DNA from: Octopus sinensis
Lineage: Eukaryota
Length of the DNA stretch: 64,000 nt
Assembly (NCBI RefSeq): GCF_006345805.1
Contig: NC_043002.1
Coordinates: 18,352,001 to 18,416,000 of the forward strand
Direction of reading: 5' to 3'
Positions within the stretch are counted from its first letter, which is position 1, and every line of letters begins with the position of its first letter. Below the pieces are notes generated by a model, which worked only from the letters and a program-made list of their open reading frames with translations, had not been told where the DNA came from and searched no databases. The position numbers were made by a program, and so were the translations under genes. Below, in pieces: positions 53,421-64,000 of the stretch.

Positions 53421-53973
53421 ATTGGGTTGCCGATTTATAGTAGCTTACCTTTCGACTTATTTTAGAACATGGTTGAGTCCATAAAATAGGATTTGACTAC
53501 ACCTCCATTTAGAGTGCAGTTTAAGCTACCTTTTTGTGGAAGAATGTTTATGTTCCTATAACCTGTGTTAATTCTGTAACCCTTTAAAATGGAAAATAAG
53601 AAAGTTCATTTTCGGCGCTTGATGCTTTGGTAACCAGACAAAAATTGCTGCAGCTCGGCTGGGATGTGTTACTAAACTCTCTATTTTCACAAGATTTTGC
53701 TGCTTCAGATTTCCACTTATTCAGGTCTCTGCAGAATAGTCTTAATGGTAAAAAGTTCAATTCTTTCGATGACGTAAAAAGATACCTTGATGAATTCTTT
53801 GCCATGAAGCCACGTCAATTATGGGAAGAGGGTATTTTCAAGTTAAAGGAAAGATGGAGACACATTGTGCAACAAAATGATTCATATTTGGTTGATAAAA
53901 AATGTAATGGCAAGTATTTATTGATCTCTTTCTTTCCTTTAAAAATCGGCACGAACTTTCCGGACAACCCAAT
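53421..53973 (+). mobile_element. Internally deleted mariner with both TIRs
   Basis: TATTGGGTTG.. / ..CAACCCAATA; QLGWDVL..DFAASDFHLFRSLQNSL..GIFKLKERW. Confidence 0.85.
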
Positions 53974-54767
53974 AGAAATAAACTCCATTCGTATAGAACT
54001 TCCTTTCCTATAAAGATTGATATAAATGTGAATAATTAAACTATGTTATTAGAAGAAAATTTTGTACAGGTTTAGTTATAAAGTAGATAGATACATACAT
54101 ACATACATACATACAAACATAAATACACACATACATACACACATACATACATACATACATACATTCATACATACATACATACATCCACACATACATACAT
54201 ACATACATACATACATACATACATACATACATACATACATACATACATACATACATACATACATAGAAAATTGATGTATGAAGATCAGAAAAAAATTCCA
54301 CAGTAAATAAGAGCTCAACAACAGGTCGTTAAACTCTACGTTATTACTTGGCAGTAAATCCAAGAGCGGCCATTTGCATCTGTGTACTTAATCGGCTTAA
54401 ATGATCTTTATCAGTAACATATATACATACATGCGCGCTCGCGCACACACACACACACACACACATATTTAAATAAATGTATATGTATATAAACATAGAG
54501 AAAGCAAAAAGTAAATACAAATCGCAAAAGTACAAGAGATGTTCACAATTAAAATTAATGAGTCGAAGCTCAAAGAAAAGACTGAGTAAAAATTGTACAG
54601 TAACAGTTATAATTTTTATACTAAAGGAAAGTCCAGAAGCGAAGAAGAAAGGGGATAGGCAAACAGAGCCAATAGGAAACGCACGTGAGTTACATTTACA
54701 TGTTTGCCCTTTAACTCCATATATATAGAGAGAGTAGTCACCATATTTCATTCCATATTGGCTGTCT

Positions 54768-54867
54768 CTGATGAGTGTAGAGTTACATAATCTGATTGCT
54801 ACCTAACACTTTTTTATACTCCTAGCGCAAACCTGATTGGCAAGATTAGATATATAATACTGTACAC
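54768..54867 (+). ncRNA. Half hammerhead: CTGATGA followed by a long hairpin, GAAA side missing
   Basis: GTGTA/TACAC, ATCTGAT/ATTAGAT and TGCTA/TGGCA nested pairs; abuts (TG)n. Confidence 0.35.
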
Positions 54868-54875
54868 CTCTGATA

Positions 54876-54916
<41 letters not shown>

Positions 54917-55664
54917 TGTTTGTGTGTGTGTCTGTGGTGTGTGTGTGGTGTGTGTGTGTATGTGTGTGTGTGTGTGCGTGTGTGTGTGTGTATACGTGTG
55001 TATTTTATGTATTTCTGATAAATGTGCTATGTTTGATATAGAAATCAAGATTCACCAACTGAAATTCAAGTTTCAGTGTAGCTTATGGTAAATTAATATA
55101 AGAGACTCGACAAATGGTCTGGTTAAATATTAAGCTTTGAGATATAGTAAGTTAAGTTATAGTAAGAAATCTTTATACATTACGGTTTTAAAGGGATGCC
55201 TATAAATGGATTGGAGATGTGAGAGAAATGAGATAAAAGAAGTAGGCAAAATAAGAACATTAAGAATAACAAAAATACATACTTTCCTCTACAGCTCTTC
55301 CAGGACGAGACTTGTCTTCTAGGCAGTAGTTTCCGGTTCGAAATTTCTGGAATCACCGTTGACACTGGCTTACGCTTATTGTCCGATCCTCATGTACTGC
55401 ATTTCTCCCACTTTCCGTTGCGTTGTTGCCTTTATTGAACTCATAAAGAAAAATATGCCGAATATGCACCTTTGTCACTTCCATTATAGCTTTCAAAAAT
55501 AAATGTTAAAGTCGAACTGCACTCTTCAAAACTTGCACTAAGAATAAGTAAAAGGGAAATTTTCTGCCTGCTTTTATAACAAGTTGATTCAGGCAAATTA
55601 TCCTTTCCCCCTCCGATTTTAGTTCATACAATTAAAAAGACCGCATCACTTATGGGATGACCCA

Positions 55665-56225
<561 letters not shown>

Positions 56226-56672
56226 ACACATACAAAATGTCTTCATCTATAACCATTACCATCACTCAATCTATGATTAATTTAAGTGAAAACGAGCTTA
56301 TGTTTCTCTGGGTTTGACTCTAAAAGAGTCGTTGTATTCCTTCTGGCAATTCCATGCTTGTTTACAATTGAAGTCACTCATCTTATCCATTTTCTAATAT
56401 CCTTTATCCTTCATCTACCTTTGTCTCAACTTAAAGATATAATGATATCTTTAATTATAAATCTACTCAGAAACTAGTTCTCTGTATATTCCTTTTGGCT
56501 CTACGAAGTTTGTTTACCATTCGACTCTCTCTTTTTTCCTTTTTTCTGTTATTTAATTACTCTTTGTCTACTTTTGTCTTAACTATAATTAGATTTTTAG
56601 TTTTATTTAACTCTTTAGGTTCACCTGCCATTATCAACCCGTATCCTCTACAATCCTTTTTTAAAACATTAA

Positions 56673-57058
56673 TCTCTCTATATATAAAGCTGAAGTTGTC
56701 TGTGTATGGCAGGTTTGGTATAGTAGCCTTTAACTAACAATATATCCTCCGAGACCCTGCGGCGCAAGTTGACCAAAATTGACAGTATGATAGAAGAAGA
56801 CTTGCTCTTCCTTCCGTAGAAGATAAAATTCAAATCGGACCATGTTAACACCAAAAATTATTTACATCAAAGAGGTGCTTTTTTTCTATGAAAATCCCTT
56901 TTTTTTTTCTGCTGTGTCGCCATTTTTCGGTGTATTTCAACCAGAGAATGTTCACTTAAAGAGAATAACAAGCTACATAATGCAAAATGTTTACTTTTTA
57001 AAATTTCCAATTCTGAAGGCTCTAAACAAACCCGAGCAACGCCGGGCGGTACTGCTAG
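56673..57058 (+). mobile_element. Complete non-autonomous Helitron-like element
   Basis: A|TC...CTAG|T, with subterminal GC-rich imperfect hairpin CCCGAGCAACGCCGGG. Confidence 0.8.
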
Positions 57059-57898
57059 TATTTTTATAAACACAAGACCTTTATCTTACATTCATATCTT
57101 TTGGTTTGTAACCATATGGAAAGATTCTCGTTTATAGCTACATATATAACAAATTACCCGACTCTATGTTTCTTTTGTAAACTACTCCGAAGGCACCTTA
57201 CTAGTGTGATTAGCTTCCCGCTTGGTACCACTGTACCAGGTGGTATGTTGTGTCCTTCAGCAAAATACTTCATTTCACGGTGCTCACGTCTGTACAGCTG
57301 AAATTGCAACCAGTCGAGTGCTGTTGCAGCTCTCTCTTCTGTTACATTCTTCATGTCCAGTTAGTGGGACCAAAGGAGGCGTGTATGTTTGTACACACCA
57401 AAATAAGCACATAAACAATTAGCGCAAACATAGTACATTCCACCAGCTCATACTCCCTTGCATGTAACAGCTATGGTTCATTTCGCCAGGGTTTAGCATT
57501 TGTTTTTGTATTTTGCTGCTACAAATCTGTTTCTGTTTTGGTTCCTATTAATTAGAAAAGTTAGGTAAATGCAAAAACCGTAAAATAGATCTCGGGTTGA
57601 TCATTTTCTTTTTCCAAATAAACACACGCACTGTATCTGAAGTGAACAACAGCGTGTGTTTTTTTTTTTTTTGCATAAAAATGCAGCTCAAAGGTTGCCG
57701 TTTTAACTTCATAGTCGAGATCCAGGGCGGAAGGTTCACGATTCGGTTACGGAAAACAACTTCCAGGCTCTTTCTCACTCTCTTACGCTCTCTCTTTCTC
57801 TGTAACTCTCTTTATCTCTTTCTATCTCATAATCTTTCTCCCTCCCTCCCTCTCTCTATCTCTCTCTCTTTCTTTCTTTACATACATACGTACATATA

Positions 57899-59207
57899 TC
57901 AGGTCATCCCATAAGTTCTGTCCGAATTTTGAATAAAGAAAACAAGTGATCAAATGTTATATTTAATTGAAATTTAATCACCAATGTACTTTCCCTGATT
58001 ATCTGTGACTTCCTTCCATTTATTTACAAGCTTTTTAGACCCATCAATGTAAAACTCTTTTGGTTTCAATGCGAAGAACTCTGAAATGTCAGTTTCGACC
58101 TCCTCCTGGCTTGCGAAAGTTATGTTCCCCAAATGATTCTGTAAACCATTTACAAATGGTAGTCTGAAACTAATGGTAGTCTGAAGGAGCAAGGTCAGGA
58201 GAATAAGGGGAATGAGGAATTTTTTCCAAACCAAGCTCTTCGATCTTCTGTGACGTGATCTTTTCAGTGTGGGGTCGCGCAATGTCCTGATGAAACATCA
58301 CTCCTTTCCGATTCACTAACGCGGGTCTTTTTTTCTTCAAAGCTTGGTTCAAACGCTCTAATTGCTGAGAGTAGACTTGACCATTGATTGTCGCATTAGG
58401 TGGTAACAATTCAAAGTGAATTGCTCCCTTGCAATCCCACCAGAGAGAAGAACATTTTTACAATGAAGTTCCCTTCTCGGTTGTGGTTGTGGTTGAGCTT
58501 TTTCCCTTTTACGAAGCAACTGTTTATGACGTTTAACATTTCGATAGAAGATCTATTTTTCGTCACCAGTCACAAGTCTATCCAAAAAGGGTGAAATGAA
58601 TTCGCGAGAATGGAGAGAAGAGCAGATGTCAACACGGGATTTGCGTCAGCTTTCAGACAATTCATGAGGCACCCATTTTCCAAGTTTAGGAACCTTTGCA
58701 AGTTGTTCAAAATGATGATGAAGATTGTATGGTTTGAACTAAGCTTTATTGCCAATTCTTCAACTGATAATGCAAGATTTTCTTCAAGTAATGCCACAAA
58801 GTGTTTATCATCAAACTCAACTGGACGTTCTGTTCGATCTTCATCTTCAAGGCTGAAATCTCCACTTCTGAATTTTGCAAATCATCTTCTGGAAGTTCTT
58901 TCGTTCAAGCATTCTTTCCCAGAAACTGAGTGTATGTTTCGAGTTGCTTCGGTTGCATTGTTCCCTTTTTTGTACTCATAAAGCCTTATGTGCCTTAAAT
59001 GCTCTTTGGATACTTCCATGTTAGAAAGGGTTTTTATCAAAGAAATTATAATTGTATTATTCTGTAAAATAATATTTAATCAGTTTAAATGCACACAAAT
59101 GCATAAAAATAATTTTTAATTCCATTAGACATTCTAAAATACTATTATTAAATTTCATTCAATTTTTTAAAATGGAAAAATCGGACAGAACTTATGGGAT
59201 GGCCAGA
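57899..59207 (-). mobile_element. Full-length (~1.3 kb) mariner with TA TSD; transposase 59019-57974 disrupted
   Basis: TIRs TCAGGTCATCCCATAAGTTCTGTCCGA / TCGGACAGAACTTATGGGATGGCCAGA; HQDIARPH and PYSPDLAPSDYH; frameshifts and stops. Confidence 0.95.
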
Positions 59208-60063
59208 TAGATAGGTAGAGAGAGAGAGAGATTTCTACACATATGAGCACATAGATACAGAACAATATGGAGAAGATAGTGTCTGAATAGCAAAAGGTAT
59301 TGAACCGGAAAATTCTTAAACAAATTTTCGCGTAACTCACCATTAGACAGTCGTGAGTATGCTTAGCAATACTACAGTACATAAGAATTTATAAGTATTT
59401 ATAAACGACATAGCAATTGGTATTTAGTACGTCTTCAGTTAAAGAGTTAAAGCTGATTAAATAAGGCATTAATACGATTCGAATTATTGGGAATCTGTTA
59501 GATAAGAACGGTTGGCTGTAACGAGAAAAACATAAATATAAAAAGTGAGTTGAAAATGAATTGAAAAGAGAATAATACTAAGTGTCTATATTCGTGGAAA
59601 CTGGTTTAAAAAAAACTATGAATGAAAAAAGCCCTTTAAGAAATTAAGGATGAAAAAATGCAATGTGAGCGATAAAATTTTAATTAAACCAAAGCTAATA
59701 CAAGGATTTATGAGTATCACAGACAAGTACAAAATCGATACGAATATAATACTTTTATTCTTTCATTCGTTATGCAGCTGCGGTCATGCTGGAGCACTAC
59801 TGTGATTGTGCACCTTATGATATTCCTTCGGCTGATTTTCTCAGAGTGGTTGGCTTTCATATTTTCATTTCTTTATATGCTTTTGTCTTGGTTGTTGGCT
59901 CATTTGGTGTATGAAGGAGTTTTGACACCGCTATCCTCGTCTATACTTCATGCCGGGATGTGGGAATTATGGAAAGGAGAATGTGTAGTTCCTGTACTGA
60001 AGACATCCACACCCACATTATGCGGCAGGGCACACACACACACACACACACACCACACACACA

Positions 60064-60122
<59 letters not shown>

Positions 60123-60137
60123 TTATATATATATATG

Positions 60138-60346
60138 CTTTTATTCTTTTACTTGTTTCAGTCATTATATTGTGGCCATGCTGGAGCACTGGTTTTCATT
60201 CGAAGAAATCGACCCCAGGATTTATTCTTTGTAAGCCCGATACGTACTCTAGCGATCTCTTTTGCTGAACCACTAAGTTACGAGGACGTAAACACACCAA
60301 CATCGTTTGTCAAACGATGGACTGAGGGATAAATATTACCACAAAG

Positions 60347-60377
<31 letters not shown>

Positions 60378-60540
60378 TATACGATGAGCTTCTTCCAGTT
60401 TCCGTCTACCAAATCCACTCACAAGGCTTTGGTCGGTCTGAGGCTATAGAAGAAGACACTAGCCCAAGGTGCCACGCAGTGGGACTGAACCCGAAATCAC
60501 GTGGTTGGGAAGCAAGCTTCTTACCACAGTCACGCCTGCG
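60138..60540 (-). mobile_element. Family-B SINE, diverged
   Basis: Matches the 4920 copy. Confidence 0.85.
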
Positions 60541-60879
60541 TATACATAAATAAATGTATGTGTGTGTGCGTATGTTTATATATGTATGTATGCATGTGTA
60601 TATAGGGGCAAACATTTTTTAAATGAATAAATACATAAGCTTTCTACTGAGGAGGACTTGCTCTCATACAAGAAAAACAAGGAAGAGAAACGCTAAAAAG
60701 AATAGAGAGGTGTGGAAAGAGGAGGGTAAAGACAAGTCAAAAGACAAGGCAAACAACAGGGGAAAAGCCAGTTCGCAGTTAAGATACTGATTGTTAAACC
60801 TGAACAAAATGCTTCTAATATAGGCGATTATATGAACAGGAAAAGCGATTAGAAAAGGCGATTAGAAAGTGCACAATAG

Positions 60880-61203
60880 TGACCCCCTTCGGTCAGACAC
60901 TGACCATGGGTTTGCACATAGAGAGTTACCCTCTGAGGCACAGGTCTGGGCAAGGTTGTTTTTTATGGAAGACCAGCAGTCGTCCATGCATACCGGCTTC
61001 CCCTCTCCACGTCACCGATGTTGTCCAAGGGCTGATACAGCTTGGCACCTGTGACGTCGCAACTCATTTCTACAGCTGAGTGAACCGGAGCAACGTGAGA
61101 TAAAGTGTCTTGCTCAAGAACACAACACACAACCCGGTCCGGGATTCGAGCTCACAACCTCACGATCGTAAGCTCGACGCTCTAACCACTGAGCCATGCG
61201 CCT
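60880..61203 (-). mobile_element. Family-C SINE
   Basis: rc of the 33729 copy. Confidence 0.85.
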
Positions 61204-61518
61204 TCACATAACCTATAAGTATAGTGGATGAAATAATTAGAAATCGTGCAATAGATAGAGAAATTACATGTATATAGGAGTAAAGAAAGAAATTACATTA
61301 AATAAAGGGGTAAAATAGTTAAATGTTGAACTACGAACACAGAGACACGAAGGAAAAAATTCATGCATAGCGATATATGAAAAAAAATTAATCACTACGA
61401 GATGGAATGTATAAATATATATATTTGTGTGTGTATGTATGTAAGTGTGTATGTGTGTGTGTATACATACAATATCGAACATACATACTGAAGGTATCTC
61501 CCGCTGCGAGATGAAACC

Positions 61519-61748
61519 TATTTCTTTATTACCCACAAGGGCTAAACATAGAGGGGACAAACAAGGACATACATAGGTATTAAGTCGATTACATCGACCC
61601 CAGTGCGTAACTGGTACTTAAATTTATCGACCCCGAAAAGATGAAAGGCAAAGTCGACCTCGGCGGAATTTGAACTCAGAACGTAACGGCAGACGCAATA
61701 CCGCAAAGCATTTCGCCCGGCGTGCTAACGTTTCTGCCAGCTCGCCGC
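61519..61748 (-). mobile_element. Family-A SINE with TSD
   Basis: CCGCTGCGAGATGAAACC on both sides. Confidence 0.9.
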
Positions 61749-62337
61749 TGCGAGATGAAACCGTGTATTCCTTTATACCATTAACTTTTACACAACCTTT
61801 AACCTCGCTCCGATGTGAAACCGCGACTTCCCTCTTCGCTTTTACCCTACCATAATATACTTTTTAAACCAATGTTCATACAGTCCTTACTTATTTCTTT
61901 TCCTTTTTTCTCAAACTAAAAGAAAACCAAATGTTTATAAGTGTTCAAAAAGAGAAAAAAACTTTAGGAAACCTGTTCTTTTAAGTTTCAAAATTTACCT
62001 TGTTTTCCCCTTTCCCTTTTTTCTCAACAATCACTTCTTTCAGTTACAGTTTTTACAAAATTATAATGACTTACCACTACTATCTCTCACGCAGTCTTTC
62101 AATTTTGCATTCCTTCCAAGTTGGGGCGCTCTATCTCACAATAATTTTTCTTTTCGTTTGTTTTTTTCATGTTGTCTCTTTTCCTTTCTATTTTCCTGTA
62201 TAATGGATTCTTGTATTTCCGTCTCTAAGTCTTTGAATTCGTGTATTTGTGTGTCTGTGTGTTCTTGTATTTGTATGCCTGTGTGTTCGTTTGACGGCAA
62301 CCACGTGTTTCGTCAGTGTGTCTATGCCTTTAGGTTT

Positions 62338-63400
62338 TCATAATTCTGGGTTGTCTTGTATCTTGTCTGCATGACTCTGTCCTTTTAATTCCTCTGCTGG
62401 TACTTCCACTGGTAAATTTTCTCCGTTTCTCGTCGTGGGTTGAGGTTCTTCTTCCATTCCTTTACACTTCTTTACTTCAACCGTCGTCGGTGACTTTCTT
62501 CTTTCTCTTTTCCTGGGTTCTCCCTCCACCAAATTCCAATTATATTCTGTTCTCTGCGCCTGCTTTTTTTCCACCACTATATCTTCCTGTACACTCTCTT
62601 CCATCATTTCTACTGTTACTCTAGGGCATTTCCTTCTCAGGTGCCCTCTTTCACCGCATCCGTAACATTTTGGGGGTATCCCCTCTAACATTACTTCCAG
62701 TTTTTTCAGCATATGGCAATTCCACAGTTTCCGCCATTTTGTCGTAATATTCTGGGCTTACAGCGCAAATTACTTCAATTCCATATCCCCAACAATTCAA
62801 ATGTTGAGTTCTGCTTACTATGCAAATGTTCAGGTTTTCACTTCCCTTCACCAGCTCTGAATTAAATATTGCGACTATTACCCATTCTGGGTCTATCGAC
62901 GGTGGGATCCTTCCCACCCTGACCCTTACGATTCTTTTGCCCAAACAGTTCGGCACCAACGTCCATTTCTCTCCCAGTATCAGTCTGTTATTATTTATTT
63001 TCGCCTCCTCTTCTGATGCAAAGGTGACTATTATAGTCGCGTATTTCCTTCCTCTTGTAAAGAAAGTTATTCCATCACCCATTTGTTCCTTCAATATTTC
63101 CTCTATCTCTTCCTACGGTGCGTGTTCTATTCTCCTATTTACATTCGAAAATGTTCTGAATATAACCGTCTTGTTTTCCATTTTTCTCTTTTTCCTCCCT
63201 GGCAGGATCATCTTTATATTTGACCCTTCCTTTTTTACCATATCATAATATTTGGCTATCTTCTTCTCATTCCACTCCATCCTCCCCAGCTTCAGCACAC
63301 GTGGGTCTATGGCATCTCAACCTCCAGTAGCTTCTGCGTAACTATTCATGTTTTCAATTGTTTCTCTACCACTCAACGCTGGTGGTTTCGCACAAACATT
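62338..63400 (-). pseudogene. Gag-like ORF1 of a Tx1/L1-type non-LTR element, frameshifted
   Basis: RRM-like segment, RVRVGRIPP, CCHC knuckle CYGCGERGHLRRKC, charged tail; three consecutive ORF pieces. Confidence 0.75.
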
Positions 63401-63517
63401 TCGCTTAATATTCTTAAAAAAACAACAAAATTGTTCGGTTTGAGGTGGCGCTGCTAAATTCTTCTTTGAAATATATAGTTTACAAAATGACACACAGTCA
63501 CTGATCTAATAAAATAG

Positions 63518-63698
63518 AAAATTTCTATTTGTAAATCTCTCAACGAAAGACATTCAGTAACAGTACTCTAGAGTAAAGATTATTTTCCAATTTTCCATAA
63601 GGTGGCAGTTGACTGCCATCTTCTGTTGGCAAATAATCTTTACTCTAGAGTACTGTTATTGAATGTCTCTCGTTGAGAGATTTACAAATAGAATTTTT
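63518..63698. repeat. Inverted repeat (~73-bp arms) with a central hairpin, adjacent to (TA)n
   Basis: TTCTATTTGTAAATCTCTCAACGA / TCGTTGAGAGATTTACAAATAGAA; centre GGTGGCAGT-TG-ACTGCCATC. Confidence 0.9.
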
Positions 63699-63708
63699 CA
63701 GTATAATA

Positions 63709-63752
<44 letters not shown>

Positions 63753-64000
63753 ATTATTGAGGGGAATAAAATCCAAACTTTCAAGGAAAAAAAATCCATT
63801 TAGAAATCAAATTTCACACAATATAATATACATATAAAAAAATTAGAAAAAAAACACCTTTTATCAATTCAAAGTGAACAATTAAATTACACTATCTAGA
63901 AAATTACATATAATAGAAATATTAAAATTAAAATAACAATAAAATGTCAATGATTAAGTAAATTGCAAAAAAATAATAATAATAACATATGATTTGTATT

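Noticed and set aside
57154-57354. Host exon (66-aa ORF)
   Set aside because: Overlaps a decayed family-C-like SINE (GTTGTGTCCTTCAGCAAAATACTTCATTTCACG)

Overview
AT-rich, microsatellite-dense eukaryotic DNA with no recognisable intact host gene. The SINE families and repeat landscape look like a coleoid cephalopod, probably Octopus (inference). Most ORFs in the track are translations of simple repeats. The real coding remnants are all transposon fossils: two Penelope-like (PLE) RT fragments, CR1/Jockey-like LINE RT, Dong/R4-like and HERO-like RLE non-LTR elements, a Tx1/L1-like ORF1, a Gypsy integrase, a Chapaev3-like transposase and several mariner/maT transposases. Helitron-like elements and more than 25 tRNA-derived SINE copies are also present. 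The most interesting signal is non-coding: about 15 type-I hammerhead ribozyme motifs from several unrelated families. Most lie within about 250 bp of a microsatellite, often inside fold-back (inverted) duplications. They include a 326-bp tandem retrozyme-like dimer, a tRNA-headed hammerhead element, U3-A8 compensatory core variants and variants with a giant stem II. All folds and alignments were done by eye, and coordinates of degenerate elements are approximate.
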